The notes: a model not told the origin generated them from the letters alone. A DNA stretch of 64,000 nt from Rhodosorus marinus CCMP1338 (GCA_029953675.1 JAMWBK010000008.1:124001-188000); one strand, 5' to 3'; counted from the stretch's first letter, positions 1-10,896 are shown. A program made the numbers and translations.

Positions 1-440
1 GCTGAGGCAGGACGCCTCGATCTCCCGCAGCTGTGATAAGGCTAGTGACCGCCGAGAGTAGGGCGCGCACTTGAGTGCCAGAGGCACCCTCCAAGTCAAC
101 CTGTGAAGAAAAGGTGCCGCAGATGACGCGAACACTCAGTCCACCAGAGGGGAGTGCCTCCTTGTTATAGGGCTCCGTGGAGCTCGGAGATACCCCTGTC
201 ATCCTGAGAAGATGGGCAAAGGAACTACCAAAGAAACCTCTCCAAGAAAATAATTGACCACACGACTCAATTAGGGAAAGCCCCTCAACGCACCCCCACG
301 TGAGAGAGAGACAGTTGCAGTTGCAACGGCACACCCCGGAAAATCGGGGGGAAGGACTACCAGAGGAAGCGCTTCCCACAAACAAACACGCTCGCGACCG
401 AAAAAGATTCAAAACCCCACTTCTTCGGCCCCCAAATCCT
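1..440 (-). mobile_element. Family B2 CRE-like non-LTR retrotransposon, 5' UTR and ORF1 N-terminus (continues off the window)
   Basis: Closely matches 49289-49735. ORF1 ATG at 202 (MTGVSP, cf. MAGVSP/MVGISP in other B copies). Confidence 0.85.
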
Positions 441-458
441 AGCCCAAACAGTATTGAC

Positions 459-467
459 CATTCGTTC
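459..467 (+). mobile_element. Family A tail-only micro-insertion (CATTCGTTC) with 8-bp TSD
   Basis: GTATTGAC at 451-458 and 468-475 flanks the family A terminal tail sequence. Confidence 0.75.
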
Positions 468-601
468 GTATTGACATGCATCAAAAACATTGTTTCATGG
501 TTTCGTTTTATAAAAATGTGGTGACGTATTCTTTTTTCTCTTCTACAGCCATCGTTTAAATTGGATTTTTAGTGGACGTCATTGAAAAATAAAACACTGT
601 C

Positions 602-1170
602 GAATTGCATCTGAAACACGGTTTCTATCGGTTTTATAAAAAAATGGGAGATACTCTTTTTCTTTTTCCACACCCCTTGTCCATTTTTGATTTAATCGGA
701 GACTGAAATAAAAAACCCGGAGGAGAACCAAGCCGCAAAGAGATCAAATACGCGGGGGCTTTGCCTTCCCCTGGTGTTCGTGCTTCGGCACTAGCACATC
801 GCTAGGTACCCCTGATCATTGAGTGCTTTGGGTTCATGGACTCTGTTGGTTCTCGCTGGCTTCGGGAGTTGTTCCGCGAACGCCCTGACCGTCTTCAATC
901 GTTGTTTACCCGCTTAAGTTTCCTGCTGTGGCGCATGAATGCCGCTTTGATGTTGGAGGCGCGAGTTCTTCGCCGCACTTAGTCTTTTTTTCCCCTCGGG
1001 GTTTTTTTTTTCAGCCTCCGATTAAACCATTCGTTTCGTCGTTGAATTGCATCTGAAACACCGTTTCTATCGGTTTTATGAAAAAATGGGAGATACTCTT
1101 TTTCTTTTTCCACACCCCTTGTCCATTTTTTGATTTAATCGGAGGCTGAAATAAAAAGCCTGGAGGAGAA
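602..1170 (+). repeat. ~126-bp direct repeat (602-727, 1044-1170) flanking a family A 3' fragment
   Basis: GAATTGCATCTGAAACAC...GGAGGAGAA occurs twice with a few substitutions. Confidence 0.85.
732..1043 (+). mobile_element. 5'-truncated family A copy (REL C-terminus, 3' UTR, tail)
   Basis: Nearly identical to 21099-21401; ends CCGATTAAACCATTCGTTTCGTCG. Confidence 0.9.
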
Positions 1171-1400
1171 ACAAGAAAGACGAAGCGCAGTGACGATCGC
1201 CTCCAACATCAAATCAGCGTTCATTCGCCACAGAAGGAAGCTCAAGAAGGATTGAAAACGTACTTTTCCCCTCCCAGTTCGCTCCTTCAGCCTCCGAGTA
1301 TCTATTCTTTTATTCGGTGTGGTGCAGCTCATCGACAAGCAAAATTTCTTCTGGGAAAACAACCCCAACAGTCGTTGCAACCCTCAAATCAGTAAAAAGT
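1132..1400 (-). mobile_element. Diverged family A-like 3' fragment
   Basis: Translates SFLLWRMNADLMLEA; ends in the A-type TTTCAGCCTCCGATTAAA. Confidence 0.7.
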
Positions 1401-1620
1401 AGTTATAATCAAGAGAGTATTTGCGGCCGTATCATTCACGAAGACTCCGCATCATTCCCAAAGACTCCTCATGTAAGCTACTTTGATGTTGGATTACGAG
1501 GGTTTCCGTCCTAAGAGTTGGAAAGGAGAGCCACAGACGCTTGAGGTGCGAGAACTTCAGTGCGCTTAGTCCTTTTTTTTGCTTGGGGTTTTTTACTTCA
1601 GTCTCCGATTAAATCGTTAA
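1400..1620 (+). mobile_element. Degenerate family A-like 3' end
   Basis: TTAGTCC-T run-GGGG-T run-CAGTCTCCGATTAAA at 1567-1615 matches the A terminus. Confidence 0.55.
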
Positions 1621-1718
1621 TTCAGAATCCCCCCCCTTAATAATTAATTCCGATGATCCCCGAAAATCTTCTGGAGAACAGGGTCGGCATTACAGCACGG
1701 TAAGCCCTTCCCAGGAAC

Positions 1719-1732
1719 GAACGAACGAATGG
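1719..1732 (-). mobile_element. Family A tail-only micro-insertion (CCATTCGTTCGTTC) with 10-bp TSD
   Basis: TCCCAGGAAC at 1709-1718 and 1733-1742. Confidence 0.85.
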
Positions 1733-2170
1733 TCCCAGGAACAGCGCGATACGTCCCAACAAAAACGATGACTAGTTGCCGATGATCAAAAAAAAAAATC
1801 TGCTCGACTTTCCCAGGACCCGGTGTGATATGTCTTTCCCAACACACACACCCCCTCTCCCAAACAGAAGGGGAATGAGGAAACGATAGACTGCCTTTCG
1901 TTAATAATGGACGCTGTATTGGCGTACGAACCGGTGGGCTTGGAGGTCTGTCTACCCCACTCCCACGCTGAAGGCTCGCAGTGCATGTGATTTGTGAAGA
2001 TCGCCTACGTTTTCTACATCGGCTTTGGTGGTCAGCGCAGAGGCAGCTATTTGTGGTCTGGGGTTGAAGGATGGTGTAAAGGGTTAGGGGGGGAGCCGGG
2101 AAGGCGTGCTAGAGAAAATGTATACGGAGGTATGACGAAGAGCCTTAGCTGTTGACTGCTGGGTTTACTG

Positions 2171-5100
2171 ATGGAAAAACGCGAGATGTCAGCTAAAATC
2201 CAGTCATCTTCGTCCAGCGGCACTAAAGAGTCCGAAGTGGTCTCGAGTGACTCGGACGAGCTGTCCCTGTCAACGAGAATATCCAAACTTCGAAAGTCAA
2301 TGCGTTTGAGGACGTCCACAACTGAACACACTAACGTAACCCCAGACGTATCAGTGAGCTTGGAAAATTTCGATGAGGAGGAGGAGGAGGAGGAGGAGGA
2401 GGAAGAGGAGGAGGAGTACGAGGATGTTCAGCGGTGCTTTGGACTTGTAAAGTCGAGGAGAAGGAAACCAAGAGGAGCGCGACCGGTGTCATTCATGAAA
2501 TTATTCAAATTTTCAAGTGGCGCTGAGAGACTCTTGATCTTAATTGGAGTGTTGGCTGGGGCATGCCAAGGAGTCCTAGCTCCGATGTATACTATTGTAG
2601 CAGGGGAGATTATGGGTGAATTTGGGGACGTCGCGGGCTTCTTGACAAATCCAGAGGCCATACTTGAAAGGATCAAGGACCTTTCACTAATATTCTTATA
2701 CATGGGGATCGGGGCCGCTGTGGCAGGATTCTTGCAAGTGTTTTTAATGATGTGGACTAGCCAACGGCAGTCTAGGCGGATGAGGAGGTTGTTTCTAAGG
2801 TCGCTGCTGTCACAAGATATGAGTTGGTATGCAGAGGTGGATTCTGCAGAATTAGCTCAGGGCGCGGCGTTAGACATTCATATGGTCGAGGACGGCATCG
2901 GGGACAAGGTTGCGACCGCAGTGCAGAGTGTGACAATGTTCACCGGGGGGATACTTATCGGGTTCATTTACAGTTGGCAGCTAACGCTGGTTATTCTAGC
3001 GGTAGTACCGCTTTTGGTGGCTACGTCCTACCTCTTCGCACGGATGGCAGGAGGAGCGATAGCAGATGGGCAGAAGGCGTATGCAAAGGCGGGGGCCGTT
3101 GCCTATGAAGCGTTCTCAATGATTCGAATTGTCGCGTCGTGCGGGCTAGAGAAAACGGAGGCTGCTCGATACGCGGATTTGTTACAAGGAGCGGCTCGGG
3201 CAGGAATTCGAAGATCTTTTTGGAATGCCCTGGGAATGGGTTTCACCCACTGTACGCTGATTTGCTCTTACGGCGTCGCCTTCTGGTACGGAAGCTCGCT
3301 TGTTCGAGACGGAATTATCCTCGGCCAGGATGTTTTCGTCGTAATTTTTGCGGTGATGATCGGAGCGACTGCACTTGGACACGGAACTCAGGCCATCAAC
3401 ACCATCAACGAAGCGCGCGGGGCAGCACCAAAAGTTTTCGAGATCATCTCGAGGGTCAGCGAGATTGATTCGTTCAGCCAAGAGGGAAAAGCTGGGACGG
3501 GGCTGCTGGGGAACATCGAGCTGAGGGACGTCAAATTCGCGTACAGTTCTCGATCGGACGCTTTGGTCCTGAAGGGACTGAACTTGTCGATTGAAGCAGG
3601 ATCCACGGTGGCCCTAGTTGGAGAAAGTGGGTCCGGAAAGACAACGACAATGAACCTTCTCGAGAGATTCTACGACCCTACCGAGGGGTCGGTGTTATTG
3701 GACGGAACAGAACTAGACCAGTTCAATGTGGGTTGGTTGAGAGGCCAAATTGGCTATGTATCACAGACGCCAACGCTTTTCGCCATGTCGATCAAGGACA
3801 ACATAGCCCTTGGTGGAAAAGTTCATGTATATACGGGAGAAGATGGCGATCTGCAGGTGAGGCAGCAAAGTGTGTCGATGGAGGAGATCATCGCAGCTGC
3901 CAAGAAGGCGCATGCGCACGAGTTTATCATGGACTTGCCCGATGGGTACGACACGATCGTAGGCGACAGAGGCGCTCAGTTGTCTGGTGGACAAAAGCAG
4001 CGCATTGCTATTGCACGGGCGCTAACTAGGGACCCAAAGATCTTACTATTCGACGAGGCGACAAGCGCGCTGGACAACGCATCCGAGCGACTGGTGCAGA
4101 GAGCCATGGACAACGTCCGAGAGGGAAGAACTGTGGTCGTTATCGCGCACAGACTTTCGACCATCAGAAACGCCGACAAGATTGTCGTGTTTGAGGACGG
4201 CATGATTCGACAGCAGGGGACCCACGAGGAACTCGTTGCTCAGGATACGGGTATTTACTCAAACCTGGTGAAGTTGCAGGAGACTGCTTCAGAACGTGAT
4301 GCGGAACAGAGCGACGACGTCGCGTCCGCCATTGACAACGAAACGTACGCGACTGAAGAGAGCCGGGCATACGGTAATTCCATGTCCAAGACGGCGACGA
4401 CGGTGACGGTGACATCTACGATGGATGCCGCTAACATGAAGATGGGCCAAGATCAGGACGTGAATGAACGCGTAGCTCGCAAGGGAGCTTTGCGTAGGGC
4501 GATGTCTTTGAGCAAGCCAGACTGGCCTTACTTCGTCATCGGCATGTTTAGTGCGTTGGTCATGGGACTCGTATGGCCAGCATGGAGCTTAATCATGGCG
4601 GAGATTGGAGTTCTGGTTTTGACGACCAACGATCAGGGAGAGGTTCGATTCTACTCCGTCCTCTTCGCTGTTGTTGGCTTCGCTACGCTGTTTTCGCAGT
4701 TCGTTGGCTTCTCTGTATTCGGGGTAACGGGAGAGAGGCTCATGAAACGGTTGAGGAACATGGCTTTTGAAGCGGTCATTCGTCAAAATATTGGGTTTTT
4801 CGATCTTCGCGAGAACAGCGTTGGAATCCTTACGTCTCGTCTAGGGCCAGACGTGGCCAAGCTGAGGGGTGCGGTTGGTGAACGTCTTCTGTTGCAAATA
4901 AGCATGGTTGCTATCCTAGTCTTCTCAATCGTCATAGCTTTTGCTAATTGCTGGTCGATCGCTCTTGTCGTGCTTGCCTGTTTGCCGGTGATGACGCTGG
5001 GCTCATTGATTCAAGTGAGGTTGATGCAAGGCCTCTCGGCGGAACTTGCGCAATTGTTCGCATCTGCCAACTCGATCGCGACCAGCGCTGTCGACTGCGT

Positions 5101-6235
5101 CCAGACCGTGACGGCTCTAGTAGCGGGCGAAAAGTTCCTGAGCGACTACGATTCCGAACTTGAACTACCAGCCCAAATTGGAAAACGGAAGGCGCTCATC
5201 AATGGCCTTGCGCATGGGTTTACTCAGTTCTGCGCGTATGCGATATATGCGGTTACGGCTTGGTTCATGTCGAAAGTCATATTCTGGGGTTGGTGTGACT
5301 TTCTACAAGGGCTGAGGGCGGGTTCAGCTTTAACCTTCGGAGCAATAGCTACTGGTGTAACGATGGCATTGGTTCCAGACGCTGCAGAAGCCTGCTCCGT
5401 GGCCAATGGAGTATTCGACCTGATAGATAGGAAATCACCAATCGATCCAATGGATGAGGAAGGAGAGATTATGGAAGAATGCCGAGGAGAGGTGGAACTG
5501 AACGATGTTGTGTTCCAGTACCCTGCGAGGCCTGAGCAGACGGTGCTGAAGGGACTCGACGTGAAAGTCGAGAAGGGGAAAAAGCTTGCTCTTGTGGGCC
5601 CAAGTGGTGCGGGGAAAAGCACCGTGGCGATGCTCGCTGAACGTTTCTACGATCCAACTGCTGGTACGGTTAAGATCGACGGAAAGCCTCTCCCAGCTTG
5701 GAACACGGCGTCGATGCGTGACCACATAGGCTTCGTGACACAGGAGCCTGAACTATTCTCAACAACGGTGCGAGAGAACATTGCATATGGGTTGCGTAAG
5801 GCCGAAGGAACGGTGGTAACAGAGGATGAGATTGTTGAAGCTGCAAAGCTTGCGAACGCACACGAGTTTGTGATGAATTTACCGAACGGCTACGACACCC
5901 AGGTTGGTGCACACGGAGCAAAGCTGAGTGGGGGCCAGCGACAACGCATCGCGATAGCTCGAGCAATTGTACGCAAGCCGGCGATTCTTCTCCTCGATGA
6001 GGCCACCAGTGCTGTTGACAGCAAATCCGAGAGAGTAGTCCAAAGCGCATTGAGCAAGGCCGCAGTCGGCCGAACAACGATTGTCATCGCCCATCGCCTC
6101 TCCACAGTGGTCAATGCAGAGACAATTGCCGTTGTATCAGAGGGTAGAATTGTCGAAAGAGGGAGCCACGCCGATCTCATGTCGGTTCAAGACGGAGTGT
6201 ATGCTTCCCTCTACAAGCAACAGGGACTGCAGTAA
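2171..6235 (+). CDS. ABCB1: Full-size ABCB (MDR/P-glycoprotein-like) ABC transporter, intronless, 1354 aa
   Basis: TMD-NBD-TMD-NBD layout; Walker A GESGSGKT and GPSGAGKS, signatures LSGGQKQR/LSGGQRQR, Walker B LLFDE/LLLDE. Subfamily is clear; exact orthology and start codon are not. Confidence 0.95.
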   Translation: MEKREMSAKIQSSSSSGTKESEVVSSDSDELSLSTRISKLRKSMRLRTSTTEHTNVTPDVSVSLENFDEEEEEEEEEEEEEEYEDVQRCFGLVKSRRRKPRGARPVSFMKLFKFSSGAERLLILIGVLAGACQGVLAPMYTIVAGEIMGEFGDVAGFLTNPEAILERIKDLSLIFLYMGIGAAVAGFLQVFLMMWTSQRQSRRMRRLFLRSLLSQDMSWYAEVDSAELAQGAALDIHMVEDGIGDKVATAVQSVTMFTGGILIGFIYSWQLTLVILAVVPLLVATSYLFARMAGGAIADGQKAYAKAGAVAYEAFSMIRIVASCGLEKTEAARYADLLQGAARAGIRRSFWNALGMGFTHCTLICSYGVAFWYGSSLVRDGIILGQDVFVVIFAVMIGATALGHGTQAINTINEARGAAPKVFEIISRVSEIDSFSQEGKAGTGLLGNIELRDVKFAYSSRSDALVLKGLNLSIEAGSTVALVGESGSGKTTTMNLLERFYDPTEGSVLLDGTELDQFNVGWLRGQIGYVSQTPTLFAMSIKDNIALGGKVHVYTGEDGDLQVRQQSVSMEEIIAAAKKAHAHEFIMDLPDGYDTIVGDRGAQLSGGQKQRIAIARALTRDPKILLFDEATSALDNASERLVQRAMDNVREGRTVVVIAHRLSTIRNADKIVVFEDGMIRQQGTHEELVAQDTGIYSNLVKLQETASERDAEQSDDVASAIDNETYATEESRAYGNSMSKTATTVTVTSTMDAANMKMGQDQDVNERVARKGALRRAMSLSKPDWPYFVIGMFSALVMGLVWPAWSLIMAEIGVLVLTTNDQGEVRFYSVLFAVVGFATLFSQFVGFSVFGVTGERLMKRLRNMAFEAVIRQNIGFFDLRENSVGILTSRLGPDVAKLRGAVGERLLLQISMVAILVFSIVIAFANCWSIALVVLACLPVMTLGSLIQVRLMQGLSAELAQLFASANSIATSAVDCVQTVTALVAGEKFLSDYDSELELPAQIGKRKALINGLAHGFTQFCAYAIYAVTAWFMSKVIFWGWCDFLQGLRAGSALTFGAIATGVTMALVPDAAEACSVANGVFDLIDRKSPIDPMDEEGEIMEECRGEVELNDVVFQYPARPEQTVLKGLDVKVEKGKKLALVGPSGAGKSTVAMLAERFYDPTAGTVKIDGKPLPAWNTASMRDHIGFVTQEPELFSTTVRENIAYGLRKAEGTVVTEDEIVEAAKLANAHEFVMNLPNGYDTQVGAHGAKLSGGQRQRIAIARAIVRKPAILLLDEATSAVDSKSERVVQSALSKAAVGRTTIVIAHRLSTVVNAETIAVVSEGRIVERGSHADLMSVQDGVYASLYKQQGLQ
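2375..2416 (+). repeat. (GAG)n microsatellite encoding a 14-Glu tract in the ABCB N-terminus
   Basis: Direct reading; one GAA interruption. Confidence 0.95.
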
Positions 6236-6479
6236 AGAGTTCCACTCCGAAAAAAAGAAAACAACCGCAGCAGGGCGATGCGTTGTATAGCTCTACGAAC
6301 TTTATCCACCCCGGGAGGGATGAAGCAACACATATTATACTCTAAAGATCTTACCTCTATTTGAATGTATCCCGGTACCGCTTTCCCCTCCGCTATTGAG
6401 TATCTACTATGGTCTTTGACAGGCGTTCAGTAGGTGCAACGCTGTGCCGGAAGGCACAGCATCTAGGTTTTTCTCCTGG

Positions 6480-6950
6480 ATGGAGCCATTATGGAGGGGG
6501 GGATGAGGCGATTGAGGCCTCTCCCATCGACCGAGTGCCCGCCGATGTGGGGGAGGCCAGCCCCGGGTCACCTTCTGCAGATTGCCGGGTTTGATCAGAA
6601 CGTGGAGCTCAAGCACTGATGTGATTCAACAGAGCCTCACATGGGGGCCAAGAGTGTCGTCCCTCACACAACCTCGCTCACCTCTCCACTCACACCGCAT
6701 ACCACCGCGGCACGCCTCCGCGGTCTGGGAGGGCATTCATCGCACTTGTAGTTGACTACTCTGTCCGCGTCTCTAGACCAACGTCTCGATGCCTTCCAGT
6801 TCCGGTCAGATACACGGGTCTACCTGAGCTTGCCACCACCTCCATGGCACTCTAATCACCCGTCCTTCTGCCAAGGCTGCGAGCAGGATTAACGGAAGTG
6901 GATATCACTTACTGGGCACATGCGGACTGTGGACATATCGCAGCCCCTGA
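6480..6950 (+). mobile_element. Old degenerate family B ORF2 fragment (pre-zinc-finger region)
   Basis: Aligns by eye to 27310-27760 (e.g. CCGAGT...GAGGCCAGCCCCGGGTCACC, TCTCGATGCCTTCCAGTTCCG) with many substitutions. Confidence 0.75.
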
Positions 6951-7985
6951 GGAGGGGCTCGCTTCAGGAACTACGCTGTTGCATAGTTCCAAGCATACTC
7001 AGAAGCAAATGTAAGAGATTAAGAAAAACAGAAAGGTGTTGCGGCAGAAACTATCGCATCGCGATGAGGAGCCTCGACTCATTGAGTATTGACCACAATC
7101 TTTTGAGTGGGACTGCCTCATGCGGATAAGATGGAGCGACCGGCTTCTATGTGTCGTCAGGAACAGCAAATCTACCGCAGCCATGCCCCTTGGCTAACGC
7201 CAAGGGTCGTACCTCGATCTTCGGATATCTTTTTTGTGCAGCTTGTCAACTCTATGTTTGAGGTGCAAGGCTGAAAGCATGCTCTAGGCTGAACATGGGG
7301 ATTTTTTCTGAACGAATGGACCAAACGCTGCAAGCCTGTAGACGATGTTCAGTGTCGAGAGCTTGCTCGTTCCACGAGGGGCGGGAATTGTTGAGAGATG
7401 CTCACATCGAACGTACGCGGATTCAGGATGGGGGGTGTTTTGGGGGGGGGTGGGGGGGAGGTCTGAGGTAGGTTTCCCGGAGCTTTGAACATTGTTGAGA
7501 TAGATTTTCCCCTTTTCCCGTTCCCGGTCGGCGTCGGTACAGCTGCAGTTGCGCAAAGTGTTACGATAGAAGGGGAATTTTTACGGCAGAGTTTCGGAGA
7601 GTTTGATAGGCATGTCGAAAAAACTTCTTTCACGTCAGAGCAGGCATCTCTCTCTCGCGCCCGGACTCGAAGGAATGAGACTAGGGAGCAACCAAGTTTC
7701 ATCACGTTGCTGACACTGCTTGCTACTCGTGACTTCAATTTCAGTGGACAACTATAATCTTTGCCTGCAACGGCTACATGTAGAATCACCTCACTTCTTC
7801 ACTTTGTGCAAATGGTGACTTTTAGCATATGTTGCGTCAGGGACTATTTAGAATTTGAATTTTTCTCTTAATCAGCAAGAAAAGAAGAAGACGTTCTAAA
7901 TGAAACCGATAACGGCTATACCCACTATGTTCACGGGTCGAGAACTTGTCATCCCATTTCATCCACGCCAAATCTCATCTCATTA

Positions 7986-8909
7986 TCAAAACAGTGCTGA
8001 GAGGGGTAATTTGTATTTGAGGCATACCACTTTCTCCTTCTTGGTGACTTGGGTTATTTTCAGCTTCTCCAGTACGTTCTGGTCGATGAGACCTGCGAAA
8101 GGAATGTCGGTGAGGCCCAAGAGCGAACTGACGTCGTACTCATCTTGGTCGACAAGGTAACCGCTGATGAGGTTGTTTACATCGAAATCTAGGAATGTAG
8201 AGAGCGCGCCGCCATCGGCAACGTAGTCAAGCACCAATTCCCGGGCCTTCTTAAGAGGTTTCTTGTTCTTGCCAATCCAGCCTTCCTTCCTGCGGCCAAA
8301 CTTCTTCAACAGCTTCTTTCCAAACTTGCTTTTCATCTCTATATCGACGTGATACGGCTTGAGCTTGATATTTGGAGAATTCTTCTTCGTGCTCACTGAG
8401 GCGTAAATGAACGCTGTGGTTTTGTCCAGTTGGCCCTTGCTGTCGTATTTTTCGTTCTTGCAAGGCTTTTTGGTCTTCTTGTCATAACACTTGACAATGA
8501 TTTCGTCTCCGTTGCTCTCATACTTGACCGTGACCAGCACAGCCCATTGGTACTTTTTATGCTTGATAATTTCCGCCTTGAATCCACCCTTCTTCACACG
8601 CCACTTGCTGATGTGCTCATAGTAGACTTTGCTTCCAATCTTGTGCTTGATCACCGGTTGAGATGCCTTGTACTGTCCCAAAGCACCAAGGCTGACCCAA
8701 GACTTCTGCTTAATCCAATTCTTCTTCTTCTCATTGTAAGCTCCGATGTTGGTCCATTCGAGAGAAACACCACCCATCAGCCCGTCCAGGAGATCTTCAA
8801 AGGTGTCGAGCGGGACACAGATCTCATCCTCCAAATTCTGCGCCTCCGCACCCCCAAACGAACAACCCAGGGCCATAAGCCCCAACAACAGTAATGGAAT
8901 GGTCCTCAT
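7986..8909 (-). CDS. Secreted lysine-rich protein of unknown function, 307 aa
   Basis: Long ORF; signal-peptide-like MRTIPLLLLGLMALGCSFGGAEA; strongly basic centre, acidic ends. Confidence 0.8.
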   Translation of the reverse strand: MRTIPLLLLGLMALGCSFGGAEAQNLEDEICVPLDTFEDLLDGLMGGVSLEWTNIGAYNEKKKNWIKQKSWVSLGALGQYKASQPVIKHKIGSKVYYEHISKWRVKKGGFKAEIIKHKKYQWAVLVTVKYESNGDEIIVKCYDKKTKKPCKNEKYDSKGQLDKTTAFIYASVSTKKNSPNIKLKPYHVDIEMKSKFGKKLLKKFGRRKEGWIGKNKKPLKKARELVLDYVADGGALSTFLDFDVNNLISGYLVDQDEYDVSSLLGLTDIPFAGLIDQNVLEKLKITQVTKKEKVVCLKYKLPLSALF

Positions 8910-9469
8910 TTTTCTTTAAATTCCAAGGCACGTGCCACGACCACCTCTCGCCGCTCACAATTACTGACGCCCGAACCCGCTCCCCAGCATAGCAAGCTCA
9001 TCCACTATTTATGTTGTACATAACCTTGATCCCAAAGAATCCCCTCTCCAATGACTGTCTATTTGTATAACACATCTCATTCTCTGCCCATTAGTTTCCA
9101 TCCACATCTTCCCCCGCACCACCCCCGCTTAGCCCGCCCTGGACTACTATCCCTCCATTTCCGGTTTCCTCTAGAAAATCGCTTTGCTCGTGCTTCCCTC
9201 CAATCGAAATCAGATGAGAGAGGGTGCAAACTCAACTTTCGAAATTTCTGCAGAGCTCTTGCGTACTTGTCTGTAGATTCTTCATCATTCTCCTACTGAG
9301 CTTTGGTTGCGTGAGGCTTATGCAGGTCGTTTTTATTTGTTTGTCTCCGAATTCATCGACATGTAAACTTTCTTCTGGAAAAGCAATCCTGAGGCTGACC
9401 GCGGATCGCTTTTCGTCAGAACTCATCGACGTCAGAAATTTCTTCTGAAAAACAACCCCACGCGCTCTC

Positions 9470-9617
9470 GTTCAACGGTTTTCTATCGTCTCATGGCTAC
9501 AATTTCGTCCAACGGTTTTCTATCGTTTCATGGCTACAGTTTCGCTCAACGGTTTTCTATAGTCTCATGGCTACAGTTTCGCTCAACAGTTTTCTATCTT
9601 CTCATGGCTACAGTTTC
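9470..9617 (+). repeat. Tandem repeat, 4 x 37 bp
   Basis: Unit GCTCAACGGTTTTCTATAGTCTCATGGCTACAGTTTC, no spacers. Confidence 0.95.
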
Positions 9618-9639
9618 GGGTGGTCCAATCACCACTCAG

Positions 9640-9800
9640 CGCTGTTGAGTGATTGCGACCCCCAGGGTCCAAAATTCATAGCTCCTTTTCAGTACGTGGT
9701 GAATGAACGCTGCTTTGGTGCTGGACATTCATTGGATGTTAGAGGCTCACGGTCTTCGCTGAGCTCAGTCCTTTTTTTCTCCCCTTGGGGGTATAAGCCA
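9640..9800 (+). mobile_element. Degenerate family A-like 3' end
   Basis: GTGGTGAATGAACGCTGCTTTGGTGCTGGA resembles A GTGGCGCATGAATGCCGCTTTGATGTTGGA, followed by T run-CCCCTTGGGG. Confidence 0.5.
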
Positions 9801-10132
9801 GTTTAACCCCTAGCGTGCGTCCTAGCCAAAATCTTCGAGAATCGCTCATACCTCTCGGGTTTCCAGCCATCCTTGACAAGATCTTTGTTGCATGACTGAT
9901 GCCCATACTGAACCTGGGCCGAGGCAATGCTAATAACACTTAGTAATCCCAGACAGAAGATCACCAACTTCAAGTACATTGTGTCAATTTATTCTCAGAA
10001 CCCAGTTTTCCAAACCAACATGTACAAAGTCACGCAGCACCAGCTCAGACACACCCGAACTTCATTGGCGTTATAGCAGCTCACCGAAAGGATACTCTTC
10101 ACTCTGACGGATACAGAGCACGAGCCACAACA

Positions 10133-10276
10133 GGAATCAGCAAAAGCCCAAGCCATTTCGCCCTTCATGCTGACCTCTTCCTTTTCTGGACTTTACTAAG
10201 GAATCAGCTCAGCAAAAGCCCAAGCCATTTCGCCCTTCGTGCTGACCTCTTCCTTTTCTGAACTTTATTAGCATCC
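10133..10276. repeat. ~67-bp tandem duplication, each copy ending in a B-tail-like motif
   Basis: Copies 10133-10188 and 10200-10260, followed by GACTTTACTAA and AACTTTATTAGCAT. Confidence 0.85.
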
Positions 10277-10896
10277 TTTTCTACAAATCGTGTTTCGTTT
10301 TCAACCGTCTTGTTCTTCAGCATATGGATTCGAACCAATAATGCGAGATTCCAGATAGGAGAAGATACGCTCTTTAATCCCGCTCCCAGTCCCCCACGAC
10401 TGTCCTCGATGGACCTATCCACCCTCGTCCACATTTGTCGGATACTCGTGTGAGCCCCTCCCCCCTCCCCCCCCTCGCCCGCCTTTCCTTCTCAACGAGG
10501 AACCGAAAACAAAGTAGGAAAATACAGATCTTTCGGCCAAAGGGACGCTTGGCGCTTTTCATTGCATGATAGAAGAAAATTGCCGTTGGACCGAAAAAGG
10601 GGGGTGGGGGGGAGGGGGGGGTAAGTTCACCGCTTGAGAAGTCTCCGTCTTACGAATGTGTGTTCAGTTCGTCCGGACCTGAGCAGTTTTTGGGTTATGA
10701 ATGTCCTTGTTTGGTTTTTTATCTTTTTCTTAAAGCAAGAGGAGGGCATAGAAACGGTTTACAGTCTGTATTTTCCAATATTCTTGTATTCCACAATGGA
10801 CTCGCTTTAATCTCACGGGGGAATTAGGAAAAACGACTGGAAGAATCGTTTTTCCTAATTGCCCAATTGTCCAAGTGTACAATTGTCCAAATTGCC

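Noticed and set aside
7308-7322. A-tail-like GAACGAATGG as another micro-insertion
   Set aside because: No flanking direct repeat.
7349-7789. 146-aa minus-strand ORF and overlapping 90-aa plus-strand ORF
   Set aside because: No ATG-led coherent product or recognisable motif; neither frame can be preferred.
9470-9617. CRISPR array (37-bp repeats)
   Set aside because: The repeats are contiguous with no spacers, there are no cas genes, and the context is eukaryotic.
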